Counted from the first letter of the whole stretch, positions 38,037-50,810 are shown. The stretch is 62,891 nucleotides of DNA, filler included, from Rhabdomonas costata (GCA_019059605.1; 53 parts of 53 records of this genome joined end to end with filler, not necessarily neighbours in it); one strand, 5' to 3'. The notes: generated by a model not told the origin, from the sequence alone. Numbers and translations: made by a program.

Positions 38037-39124
38037 AATAATCAAGTACTCCAATACAATTCAACTTCATCAAAATGGATTAATAGTCAGGTTGACCACA
38101 CAACCTTATCAAATATCGGAACAAATACACATTCTCAAATAGATACGTTTATAAGTTCACAAGCTAAAGCCAACGGAATAGCAACATTAGATGCTAGCGG
38201 AAAATTGAATAGTAGTCAAATTCCTAGTCTGTCTATTACGAATGTAGCATCTGTTAACACTATAGCCCAACGAAACGCATTGACAGTAGATGAAGGCGAT
38301 GTATGCATTGTAACAAATGATTCTACAAGTACAAACAATGGATCTTATATTTATAATGGTACTGGATGGTCAACACTTTCATTATATGTTACTCCCATAC
38401 ATTTATCATCATTAACTGATGTTTCATTAGGTACATTATCTTCAAATCAAGTCTTACTGTGTAATGGCACAAATTGGGTTAATAGTAGTTTAATTAGTTC
38501 CTTATTATCAGACTTTAATATATCAAGCCCTTCTACCAACCAAATATTACAATATAATGGTACTAAATGGGCTAATGTAACATTATCAAGCTCATATTTA
38601 TCAGATTTTAATATATCAAGCCCAGCTAATAATAACGTTCTTGTATACAATTCAACAAGTTCTAAATGGGTAAATTCAACTGTTCCAGTGTATATCTCAT
38701 CATTATTAGATTGTTCGATAAGTGGCACATCTGATGGTCAATTACTAAAATACAGTTCTTCGTTGTCAAAATGGATCAATTACACACCAATAACAACTTT
38801 AAATACAAATGAGGCAGGGACACTAACCCAGATGTACGGAGCATTTGGTGGTGGAATGGGAGGATCTGGGATTGCTCAAAATACATATGTAACAATTCCT
38901 TCTTATGTTGATAACTCCTCATCAAGTACTATGATGACTAATTATACAGTAACAGCAACAGCTATTACGGCTACACAAATAACTTCTAATCCATCATTTC
39001 CAAGTGTAAGTCTTGGATCAACAATTACAACAAATTATTCAAGCCAAATTACAGGATGGTTTCGTCTGAATATAAAACTAACATCAACATATGGAATGTC
39101 TAAATGTACAATATATGTAACGGG
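38037..39124 (+). CDS. S/T/N-rich repetitive fibre-like virion protein, open at both ends
   Basis: The frame is open across the whole contig, upstream of the listed start at 38205. It has repeats of L(S/T)Dxx(I/L)xxxxxNQxLxYNxxxxKWxN plus DHTTLSNIGTNTHSQID and ANGIATLDASGK. Confidence 0.8.
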
Positions 39125-39224
39125 NNNNNNNNNNNNNNNNNNNNNNNNNNNNNNNNNNNNNNNNNNNNTTAATTAATTAANNNNNNNNNNNNNNNNNNNN
39201 NNNNNNNNNNNNNNNNNNNNNNNN

Positions 39225-39502
39225 GGTGGTGGTTGGGGTACTGGCTGATGCTTGTGGTGATGTTCTACGACGCCACGCTGTTCCACATGGTGGTGTTCGG
39301 GGTGTTCGCGGGGCACCTGGGCTGCGCCTTCCTGGAGCGCTACCTCGCGGCTAGCCGCCGCAGGATCGCCCCCGTACCCGTGCGGAAGGACAGCGGGGCG
39401 GTTCTGGTGCGGACTTCCGAGGGGGATTCCGCGCTGACGGAGGGCCCGTCGCACTCCGCCGTGCAGATGCCGCCCACCATGCCCTGCTGCTCCGGAGAGT
39501 GA
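39225..39502 (+). CDS. Last exon of a Ctr-family copper transporter
   Basis: GYWLMLVVMFYDATLFHMVVFGVFAG carries the MxxxM motif of TM2 and the GxxxG motif of TM3. Confidence 0.75.
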
Positions 39503-40204
39503 AGCCCAATAATGTGAAGTGTAAAACACCGGAGCTTGTGCGTTTTTTTTGTGTTCACGTGTCAATGTGTGCAAAGGAAAGAAGGAAATGGAAGGGAAGG
39601 GAATTAGAGAAAAGGGAAATGAATTGAAGGGGAAGGGAGCAGGAGAGTGGGTTGTGAGTGAGCGAATTGTTTCTTGAGGAGTCGGAAAAATTGGCCATTG
39701 GGTGGGGGCGGGTGGGGGAATACACCGCAACCTCTGGGCTTCAGCAGGTGATTGGTCGGTGTGGAGGATTCTTCATGTTTTGCTGTCTCTTTTTTGCATA
39801 AATCGACACTAGTGGCACACTTATCAGACGTTAAAGATTTCAGAGTAGCGAGCACTACTCTTAAATACTGATCTCGGGTGTGAATATCAGCGTGTGTGTT
39901 TGTGTGTGTGGGATGAAAGATTCCATGACCAAACGTTCTTGGTTGCTCATTTCTGTTCCCCAAAACGTCAGATTTCGACGACGGGTGAGCCTAGTCGATT
40001 CGGCTTTTCATAAGGAGTTTAACATTCAAGGATGTTGAGTAGGGTTTTCAGTTTCTGTGTTTTTGTTGTGCTGTCCGTGGTTATATTAGCTTTTACTCAG
40101 CGCAACAATTTCGAACGTTCAGCATCCAGAGAAGATTTGAGTGGCTGAACATTGCTGATGAATAGATTTCGACCCGAACTAGTGGCGGTGTGTATGGAAG
40201 TAGT

Positions 40205-40306
40205 GGTGATGGGGACTCGTTCTGCAGATTAAAATTAGGTTTCCTTTCGCATCCTCCCTGCCGGTCCGAAACCTAATTTTAATCTGCAGAACGAGTCCCC
40301 ATCACC
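40205..40306. repeat. Terminal inverted repeat (39-bp arms), probable fold-back
   Basis: 40205-40243 is the reverse complement of 40268-40306. Confidence 0.85.
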
Positions 40307-40620
40307 CCACCCCNNNNNNNNNNNNNNNNNNNNNNNNNNNNNNNNNNNNNNNNNNNNTTAATTAATTAANNNNNNNNNNNNNNNNNNNNNNNNNNNNNNN
40401 NNNNNNNNNNNNNGGTGTTTTGTAATCTAAGCCGGCACAGTTGGATTCTCCACGTTGTTCATAATATTCGTCTACCACATCCCTGGGCACTACTCAACTG
40501 CCGAAAAACATTGCCCAGGTCAACGGAGAACAAGTGGGGAACCACACAAAACATTTCCGGTGTGCAACCAGCTCAAAGCTCAGGGTCTGTAAAGGGGAGG
40601 TCCGAGAAAGGGAAGCATAC

Positions 40621-41370
40621 GTCCATCAGAATGGCGCTGAACACGAACTCCGCCGTTTGGATGGCTTGCACCGCCTCCGCCCCACTGCCCACCTCCACAA
40701 GACACGAGAAGCCCAGCTGCTGCAGCTTCAAGGTCAGCACCCGGCGGTTCATTGGCACATCGTCCACAACCAAAAGCCTTGCTGTGGAGAACTCTGGAAC
40801 TCTTGGGGAAGGGCTGAGAGGTGACACGGCAGCTGGGACAGGGCGAGGAACCCCCTGGGGAATGACCCTCAAGGGATGAGGGGTTGTGTGAGATGGTGGG
40901 CACCCCGATGAGAGTGAGGCTCGTTGATCTGAACTGGGAGGTTGTGGGGAGCTATTGGAAGGTCCGGCAATGAATGGGGGGTCCTCCTCGTTACGACCAC
41001 TCGCTGTCGGGTGAGCATGCAGTGAAACCTCATTTTCTCCTGCTTCCCGTGGCGGCATTGGTGCAGGGTGAGCGTGGGCCATGGAGGATAGCGCCTGGTG
41101 CAGCTTGGGTAAGGTCAGAGGCAGAGTGACTGCAGGGAGGGGCACTGCCCAACCCGTGACCTTCACCGGGGTGACGTGCAGCGGCCGGAACCGATACCTC
41201 TGCATGGCCTCGCGAAGGGCGGAGAGCGTGGGCTCAGCCTCCGACGGGCTCTTCGGAAGAACCACAACCGCGACGTCTGGGAGGGGCGGACCCACCGCAG
41301 AGCAGGAGCTGCCAAGGACTTCTGGAAGGCTCTCCAGGGCTTCCACACAGTCATAGGGTAGTCCCATGAC
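40621..41370 (-). CDS. 750-nt exon ending in a response-regulator receiver domain (probable hybrid histidine kinase)
   Basis: RLLVVDDVPMNRRVLTLKLQQLG...SGAEAVQAI...FSAILMD, followed by a GTATGC donor. TTCCAG acceptor upstream. Confidence 0.85.
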
Positions 41371-42177
41371 CTGGAAGTCAGAGCAGAGAAACGAAACGAG
41401 GCGACCCAATTGCTTCCAAAAAGCTGGACCCACGCAAAGTGAGAGTCACTTCGAGGCACGGTAGAGCTGCAAAAAATGATTGCGTTCTGTAGTCCATCTC
41501 CNNNNNNNNNNNNNNNNNNNNNNNNNNNNNNNNNNNNNNNNNNNNTTAATTAATTAANNNNNNNNNNNNNNNNNNNNNNNNNNNNNNNNNNNNNNNNNNN
41601 NTTCCTCGCTTGAGGTTTTTCTGCCCTTCCATCCTTTCTTTCTGTTTTGTTTCGCCTGTGTCTTTTGTAGGCCCCCCCCCTTCCTTCCTTCCTTCCTTCG
41701 TTTTGTGGGTGCGTTCTGTTGGGTTTTTTGTCTGTGTATCTAAACCGGCGGCAGCGCTGTGCTTGCTCACACTGGTTCCCCAAGCTGCTGTGGGTCTCCC
41801 TCCACCACTCGGAGGGTAACGCGTGAAAGCTTAGAAAGGTTGTGTTTTTGTGCTTATAATGAGCCAATGAACGTGGCACACCGACAGACATCCCGCACCC
41901 CCTGGTCTATTTGCGGGCCGCACTTCAGTGCTTCCCCTTTTCTCTCTCCGCTTCGTAGATCGATGTTGGGCGGGGGTGGGGAAGGCAGGTGCACCGCCGG
42001 CCCCACCAGCGCCCTTCTTCCGTCTGTGTTGAGCAGGGGAAGCGTTTGAGTATGGGCAGCAGAACCGTTGGCACCACATGTCCCTCCCTCTCCGGTAGAC
42101 CTCTCACTTCTCCACTCTCTTCCTCTGTGTGGCTCTTTGCAGCCTCCTCGGGTTGCTTTGTTGCCTTCCATCTCCGT

Positions 42178-42220
<43 letters not shown>

Positions 42221-44227
42221 GTCCACCGTTTGCCATTGCGCAACCGCCCCCGTGGGTCTGCCACGGAGCACTTTGTGAATTCCGAACGAACGATATTATG
42301 CGCTTATCCATTGTATCTGTATTTTCGTGTAGGCGCACACACTTTTTGCGTCCAATGGCAACAAGTGCTTTTCGCTGTTCGTTGGAGTTCTTGCGGATGG
42401 GGTTCAGCGGTGGGCTTTTGCGGTGCCGCAGGGTGGGAGGCTGGTAGAGCAGATCCGCACCGCACCCCGAGAGCAATTTGGCTTGGGGCGCGCGGGCGTC
42501 AGGAGCGCAAACAACACGGGCACGAGAAAGCAATGGTAACCAAAGTCGAGAACTTTGCATAGCGTGTAAGAGGGGATCAACGCGGGCGCTTTTTTCCTCC
42601 GAAATAAAACAAAAACTGCGCTTTCACTCCGACCACTGTTTTCGGATTACATTTAATTTTGAATTTAACCCAAACCCCAAACACACCCACCACNNNNNNN
42701 NNNNNNNNNNNNNNNNNNNNNNNNNNNNNNNNNNNNNTTAATTAATTAANNNNNNNNNNNNNNNNNNNNNNNNNNNNNNNNNNNNNNNNNNNNTGTGGGT
42801 TTGTTTGGGTTGGTGATGTGGGTGGGTGGGTGTTGGTGTGCAGAGGTCAGTCATCGCGGCAACAGTGCTCGCCAGCCCTCGGACGTTCACGAAGTGCGCC
42901 ATTCCTGGGCTTGAAGCCGTTCAGGTTTTTGGCAGTGAGGGATGGCTGATGCATCGCTCGCAGTCTGACTTGAAACGGTTGATGACGGCAATACGCCCTT
43001 TTGAGCGTGTCTACCTGTTCATCCTTGATCCCTCGTGGTGAAGGCAAACTCCCGACAAACTTTTGGTTGGATGGCAGTCACTGGCGAACTGCTTCACTGC
43101 TTCCCATGTAGAACCAAGCGCTTGCGTGAGTGCGGGTATAATTGCATGCCCTGTTTTAGTTGTAGGATACTATGGTCTCTGTATGGCCCTCTCTGCTGTG
43201 CAGCGCCGGGTAGTGATCTTCCCAACGGTCTCCATGCGGCGCTGTGTGGACCTTTTGACTCAGCCCGCGCAGCGGCAGTCCACTGATGGGTGCATTCTGG
43301 ACGGGGAGAGGACCACCTGGTGTGCCTGGTGGGGTGGGTTGACGCTGTTTCGGGGTGCATGAGCATCAAGAAATTAAAGAAAGCCCGAAGGACACACTCA
43401 AGTTTGCAGATACCTGCAACCTATTCGAAGTCGGCACTCTGGAAGGCAATTGCTGTCGTGGTCGAGGCGCCTCAATGTTTGCCTTCAGAACGGAAGCTTA
43501 CGTCCACTCGTGTCAATCGTATGCACTCACAATCGTCCAATGCACTGGTATTGTTCATGGCGAGTGTGAGCATTTCAGCGGTGTGTCTGGTGTTCGGTGG
43601 TTGACATTACGGTGGTTCACTGTGTGTGCATCGGAGATTCCCTCATAAGTTGGCTTATCAGCAGACTTGCCTCCACCTCTCAATTTGCGCTGACTTCCGC
43701 CTTCCACAAGCCAACGCGCTCCAGCATAGAACTTTTTGAGGGTGCCTTGAAGTAGGCTTGCTCACGTTACCTGAGATTCGAGAAACCTCTCCCTTGCTCC
43801 TGGCCCTGCTTTCATGAGCAGGGCGAATCTCCCTCCACTTCTACACCATCCCTCCTCTTGGTGCTTGCAGGCCCCACAAAANNNNNNNNNNNNNNNNNNN
43901 NNNNNNNNNNNNNNNNNNNNNNNNNTTAATTAATTAANNNNNNNNNNNNNNNNNNNNNNNNNNNNNNNNNNNNNNNNNNNNTTTGTTTTGGGGCATGACT
44001 ATGTCTGATGGGATGTGACACCAAAATCGAGGACTGCATGTCGGCGAGTCTTGCAACCCATTCCGAACCGCTTTCTGGCAACGACGATTCATGCAAAACA
44101 GACTTGCAAGAAAACCATGCACCCGCCTGCTTCTTAAGACCGGACCCCACAAACACAACCTATCACAACAATCCCAGCAATCGACACATCAATCACACAT
44201 GAATCCCAGCAAGACACACAGACACAC

Positions 44228-44521
44228 TTGAGCAATACGAGCGAACTCCGTAGTCCTGCTCCCAGTTGTACCCATTCCAAATATTCCACGCGGAGGTGAT
44301 CAGGCTCGGGTTGGCAACGGATTGCATCACGTACGCCCTGATGGTGAGGGACCCCAGCGTGTCACTAATGGACCAAAAATTGGTGGTCGTGTAGTACAGG
44401 TACAACCCGGAGCTCGTGTAGTAGTACGGCATTGAGCCGTAGGTCCCCTGGTAGGTGTAGTAGGCGTCGATGTCGTAGTTGAACCCAGTTCGACCCGTGA
44501 CCGCGATGGTGCACGGGGATG
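44228..44521 (-). CDS. Phase 1-1 exon encoding an aromatic-rich, Cys-bounded, probably extracellular module
   Basis: SPCTIAVTG...YQGTYGSMPYY...LYLYY...WSISDTLGS...AYV...P...AWNIWNGYNW...YCS. 294 nt, CAG acceptor and GTGTGT donor. Confidence 0.75.
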
Positions 44522-45169
44522 CTGAAGATATCGTAGGGGGAGAGCACTGAGGAGGTTACGAAATTTCCAGAAATTCTGTTAAACCCACCGAGGGTTCAAC
44601 TTCCTGAGTCCGGCACAGCAATAAAGTAGAGTGGAGAGTGCAAGACTTGGAAGGACGGAGAGGACGGAAGAGTACACGAACATAGCACAGAGAATAGGAG
44701 TGGGGGTGCATGAAGAACACGAATCGAGGCTCAAACAGCGCACGACAAGCGATGGAGGAATGGAGCCAACGTAATGGAAAAGCTTCGGGAAATACGGGAA
44801 ACTCCACACGTACTCCATAACATACATGACGAAAAATACCAAAAAGAAAAGTAAAAGAAACCTTTCCAAAAACCCTGTTCGTATTGGGGGATCCGCCCTT
44901 CCGGTTTTTTGATCACGCAACGGCAGCGTAGAACATGGCTACTGTTAAACAGGCGGCGAAAAATGGAAAGAGAGCAGTGTTCACATTTTCCCTCTATGAT
45001 TACTTGACCTCCACGCATTCTCCACCAAGCGCTTGTCCTTCGCTGGTAGTGTAAATTATACCAAAAAAANNNNNNNNNNNNNNNNNNNNNNNNNNNNNNN
45101 NNNNNNNNNNNNNTTAATTAATTAANNNNNNNNNNNNNNNNNNNNNNNNNNNNNNNNNNNNNNNNNNNN

Positions 45170-46020
45170 GGCCCAGAGGTAGTTCAGGACGGTCAGGGAG
45201 TGCAACAGAATCGCGAAGGTCCAGGCTGTGGCCAGGGAGGTGTTGGCAATTGCGGCGGGGGTGAAGAAGCTGCGCCCCACCCAGAAGGGCAGGAGGTAGC
45301 ACCGCGCGTACAGCCATCCCGCCACCAAGAACGGGAACACCGCCGTGGCGAAGGTGCGGTGCATGGTGTAGTTCGCCATCTTAGCCACGCACCCCAGCAC
45401 GTCGGAAGCATCCGAGAGGAACAGCACCAGCGCGCCATACCTGGGTGTGGTGTGCGATGCCTCGTGCAAAGAGAGAGGGGGGGGGAAAGGTGTACGCGTG
45501 TCTTCCTAAAGGTTCAAAGCACACGGTATTCAGTGCTGCAACACTGAAGGAGACAGGATCCGCGTCGTTACGGTTGCCATCTTTTTTTAAATTTTCAACA
45601 GTGGGCCTCACAAAACCGTCACAGGCTCCCTGTTTCCCCTCACTGCGCGTTGCCCGCACTCAAATCGCACTTTCACCTTTCCCTTACCCTAAACAACACA
45701 ACTCAATGCCCATTGAGGGAGCAAAACCCATTTGCCCATATAGAAAACAAGGAGTAGAGGAGTGCTTTGTGTGCATAACCGGGAGGGTGCGGGGGAGAGA
45801 GGCAGGCCTGGTCTGGTTTCCCAAGAAGGAGGAGCACAGCAGGCACAACGTGGTGGTGTGGTGCACGAACATCTGCAGGAAGTCCCGGCGGACCTCATCG
45901 GTGAAGTGGAACACCAGGGAGTTGCAGTGGTACCCCACGTGGGCCATATAGAACAGCATGAACGAGGGCTCCAAGGGCTCGTCCGGCCAGCCATCCCAGA
46001 TCCGCCCAATGTCGTGGTAC
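45170..46020 (-). CDS. Lag1/Lac1 (TLC domain) ceramide synthase, two exons (46020-45808, 45440-edge)
   Basis: The Lag1p motif RRDFLQMFVHH...R/YGALVLFLSDASD is split by an intron at 45807-45441 that starts GC and ends CAG. Confidence 0.9.
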
Positions 46021-46555
46021 CTGGCTCCACACCACCGCACAAGACTCAACACACATCGCTTCACTCGACCACCAACCTTCAATTCCAGTCTGAAGATAGC
46101 AGAGCGCATCTTTCATTAAGCCGATCAAAGAGTCCTCCTCCCGACGCAACGCGATACAGCTCCAGTCTGAGAGACAGAAACCTGCTGAAGGCTGCTTAGC
46201 GTCAGTTCCCCTGATTCCTCTGATCTTTCTGATTCTTTGTTTTACTCCCCAAAAAATNNNNNNNNNNNNNNNNNNNNNNNNNNNNNNNNNNNNNNNNNNN
46301 NTTAATTAATTAANNNNNNNNNNNNNNNNNNNNNNNNNNNNNNNNNNNNNNNNNNNNATAGAAGTTGTTAATGTTGGAGGTGGGAAAAATTCGAGAACAA
46401 AAATCCGCCAGATGCTAAAGAAACCTTCACAAAACCAATGTTTCGTGAACTTCCCGCACCTCCCAGGGATCCCCATATTTTTCGCATTTGAAAAAATACG
46501 AACAGAAGTAAATGTGAAAATCTAAATTTCTGGAATATCTGTGCGGCGGTCACAG

Positions 46556-46698
46556 GGATTGCGCGGTGGCGGCGGGCCATGGTGAGCTGCTGCGGGTTCT
46601 CACCGGACTGCAGCCTGCTGTACGCGGGGTGCCACGAAGGCTCGGTGATGCTCTGGCCCTACGACGGACCCTTTACTAAGCCCGCGCAGCACCTCAAG
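46556..46698 (+). CDS. WD40 repeat exon
   Basis: VSCCGFSPDCSLLYAGCHEGSVMLW, with CAG and GT boundaries. Confidence 0.75.
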
Positions 46699-49536
46699 GT
46701 TGCAAGAGATGGGTCCAGTTCCATCCGCTTTCTTTTTCTGTCCCCCCTGCCTCCTCGAATTTGTCAGTGGAAGATAAGATGCCCCAAAACCAATGTGCCT
46801 CACATCTAAAGCGGTTGTATCCACAGAAAACACAACCGCAACACTACCGCATTCTCATTTTTTTTGGTTGTGAAACGTTGTGGAGAGGCTTGAAAGGAGC
46901 TTCAAATCCAAGTGCGGACGCAGTTCACAAGCACGACATGCTTGTCATGCTTTTCATGCGCCCCTCCCATCCAACAAAAGAGTGGTCACCGTATTCGATG
47001 TGTCCAGAAAATTGCCTGAAGACGGAATGTTGATTTTGTTGGGTATTGTGGGTCGTGCGCGAAAGTCTCTCTCAGGGAGTTGTGCGACGTTTGAGCAATC
47101 GGCTGGCCACTCTGTAGGCAAGTTACTTTCTGAAATGTGGCATTGGGTTTGACGACCGTTTTATATGAATCATCAACCCCAAATCAACCCCAAGAAGAAT
47201 GTGAGTCTGGGGAGTCTTTCTGCATGCTCGGAACGAATTCCATCGTCTCCAGCTGATTATCTGATTATCTGGTGATGGGATCCCTTCTGGCAATGTGTTG
47301 GAGACCTCTCGAAGGACCTCTCATAGTTGAATGCTATTTGAATTGATCTGCTCGCAATTACGGTATGCTTGTTCCATCAGAGCTTGGGCACTAAGTCATG
47401 GGACGGTACGGCCTGAGTGAAGAAAGGTCGCATTCACACCCCACANNNNNNNNNNNNNNNNNNNNNNNNNNNNNNNNNNNNNNNNNNNNTTAATTAATTA
47501 ANNNNNNNNNNNNNNNNNNNNNNNNNNNNNNNNNNNNNNNNNNNNGGGGGGTTGGTGCCAAACGGGAAAGGCGAGGTAGGCAGCGGGTGAATGGGATTGA
47601 CAATTGCTGCCATTGGAGGAGAAAGGGGGGGGGGCAGAAGGTAAGTACGTGGAGCATCTTTCTCTATAGTCGATCTCCGTTCAAAGGCACAATACTTGCG
47701 GGTCGCGGCCCTTCCGTGATAGTCACACGGGAAGTCCCGTAGAGATGATAATTTTACAATAACATAGCAGACACACGGCTCCTGGCTGACTTTCCCCACG
47801 TTCTTCTTCTTTTTTATGGAAACCTACAAATCAACGCAAAAGGTCATAAAAAACTGAACAAAAATAAAAATTTCTCAACGTAATATTTAGCAACGTAAAC
47901 GTTACCTTAAGCGAAGATAAATGACACCATCGTAGAGAGAGATCACAGAGATCGCTATCATCTCAGGAAGACCGCTTAAAGCCAATAAAAATGTTAGTCT
48001 GTTCTTTTTGAATTTGGGAACAGAGCTTGCTTTCTTTGAACATAGCGCCTGTTGTCAGTCATTGATTTCCCTACCCGATGGTTAGATTCAGCTCTGGTCC
48101 AGCTGCACCGAACCCATGAAGAGGTTTGAAGCACCCCAGCAGTCAGCATCATCGAGATCTTGGCGAATTTCCACCCTTTCAGCGACTTTTCCAGGGCGGT
48201 ATTGTTCTGTCAGAGGTGATGTTCGTCCGCGAAATCGTCGGCGTTCGGGTGAACACAAGCTTTCAGCACAACAGCTGCGGAATCAAACCTGCGAGGGAAC
48301 ACACATCAGGTTTGTCAGTCAAGGTAACCCAGGAGGGCTACCTTGTCTGACTCCATGTATGTCTGTCATTCCACGCGATACGCACACGCACTTGAAACAA
48401 CTTCAGGTGTATACGCATCCGACCCGTGCACAGCTGCAGTTGTCGGGGGATACTCGGTGACAGTCACTACCCGATAGAATGCACCCTCACTCCGCAGGCC
48501 TGTGCTCCTGGGCACCAGGCACGCTGCCCTCGCCTGCTGTGGAAGGTCCGCCCTGGCCGTTGGCAGGCTCGGGCAGCGGCAGAGGGAGAGCTGGGGGCCC
48601 ACCCCCGGGCCACCTCATCACCGCCCAACCACCNNNNNNNNNNNNNNNNNNNNNNNNNNNNNNNNNNNNNNNNNNNNTTAATTAATTAANNNNNNNNNNN
48701 NNNNNNNNNNNNNNNNNNNNNNNNNNNNNNNNNGTGGTGGGTGTGTTTGGTGGTGGTTGGCGGAACGTGGTGTTTGTCTTGAGGCAACCGTGGCGCGGTG
48801 CTTGCCTCAAGGGTAAAGTAGATAGTGGTGTTACGCAACATTTCAGCTTACCCACACTAAAATTCCACCCGGGAAATCGCATGCGGAAATTCAAACGCAG
48901 GGAGCAGGCACAGACACCACTCAGCCATGCGCATTCAAGCCACCTATGCATCCTAACGCCGCTCAAACCTTGAAATCCCAACCTTGCATCGACACCCACG
49001 CGTTTCCTTCTGCTTACTCAGAATGATGATGCAAACAGAACCAATGCCACAAATCTCATGCATTTAATGTGATTCATGCTCGGGGGCCCCCTCTGTGATA
49101 GCTATCGTCGATGTCGTCACAGCCCCTACAAGTGCAATTCTACCTTCGGTGGTTGATGTCGGTAATGGGATTCTGATACCAATATAGTGATGCAAGAAAA
49201 GGTATAAAAAAGAGGCTAAAAAGAATTTTTAGTTGGTCGCATGTTCACTAACCATCGATGCTCCCTAGAAGTAGAAGAAAGAAAACCCACATGAGAAATT
49301 CCGTGAAAAAAGACTCCGGGATGATGACAGCCAGGATTGCTCAAAAGAGGGAAACCATCACCATCTAAGATGGGTGAGAACGCACCAACAAAGCATTTAC
49401 AAAATTGACAGGCTGTGCAACACAGTGTTCTACATAAACATAGTGGAGCATCCATTGAAGAAACATTGCAGGAGCGCCAGTACATTCAAGGATCCAGTAC
49501 AGGAATGGACAACCGGCAGCAGATGAGGGGAGGGCT

Positions 49537-49626
49537 CTACGGGTCGTGGGGCCTCGCAGCCAGGAGCTGTGCGTGCTGCTGCTCACGAACAGTGACATCC
49601 AATAGCTCGTGCTCCAGCTCGTCCAC
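49537..49626 (-). CDS. Probable short terminal exon, helical
   Basis: TTGCAG acceptor, then VDELEHELLDVTVREQQHAQLLAARPHDP*. Confidence 0.4.
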   Translation of the reverse strand: MDELEHELLDVTVREQQHAQLLAARPHDP

Positions 49627-50675
49627 CTGCAAGTCAAAGACAAAGACGATAGAAGAAGAAGAATATGCGGAAAACGATAAACACCACAAGATAGCAAAAC
49701 ACCTCAAAAATGATAGACTGTATAATATCGATGGGGCTTGTTGATAAGAGTACTTGCATGGTGTCTGTTCCATGCAAAACATCCAGCAACCCCCACCCCA
49801 CCCCCCTGCCTGCCTTCGCCCNNNNNNNNNNNNNNNNNNNNNNNNNNNNNNNNNNNNNNNNNNNNTTAATTAATTAANNNNNNNNNNNNNNNNNNNNNNN
49901 NNNNNNNNNNNNNNNNNNNNNTGTTGGTTTTTTAACTGTAAACTTCGGGTTACCGTTGACATGACAAAACGACTAAGGTCAGGACACTACGGCGGAGGGG
50001 GGGGGAGTGTAGTATTGCGACAAGAACCCTAAGTTTACAGTTAAAAAACCAATGTGTTCATGCCAACGCTCTCCTTTTTTTTGTCTTTTCTTTGTGCTCT
50101 CAAATTTGATATCGCGACTATTTCTATTTGGAAACGGTCCAGAGCTCGCTGATGTTCTCGCGTGTGGTTCTGGTACGTCGTTTGTCTTTTTCTGCTTGCC
50201 TTTCGGCTCAGGCTGAGGAGCTTCACTGCAGGGCGACTCTGGTGCATACTATGACGCATTCCTGGGCATTGCTTCGGGTTTGTTTGTTTTTACATCTAGC
50301 ATCACAGTGTGAATGGTAAGCGGAGCGGCAGTTTGCTGAAACCGATTTCTGGCCACCCTTGTTGCCGTGACGCCGGGAAGTGTCGATAATTCATGACCAT
50401 CAACGCGCGATTGTCAAGGGGTCACAACGGCTGTATCAAACAATTGCACACTGAGCGGTGATCACCGCACAGAAGAAGCGTGGGGGCACAAACAAATCTG
50501 GAGGGCAGGCAGCGGGTTGAAGGCAGCTCTATGTGGATTCTTGAGATGTGAATCTTGTGTGTCGGGGTGACGAAAAACAGCGGGGAACAACATTTCCGGA
50601 GGACTCTGCTGGGACACATTAGTTGCAATAAATGCGAAGCACCCTCCACATGAGACACTCTCCTGCAATCTGCAA

Positions 50676-50810
50676 TCCACTCCACTCCACTCCGGTCCGG
50701 TCCGCTCCAATCCAGTGGAATTCAACCCACTGAACTCCACTCCACTCCACTCCACTCCACTCCACTCCACTCCACTCCACTCCACTCCACTCCACTCCAC
50801 TCCACTCCAC
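50676..50810. repeat. (TCCAC)n microsatellite with a degenerate flank
   Basis: About 15 perfect copies at 50735-50810. It explains the spurious EWSGV ORFs. Confidence 0.95.
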
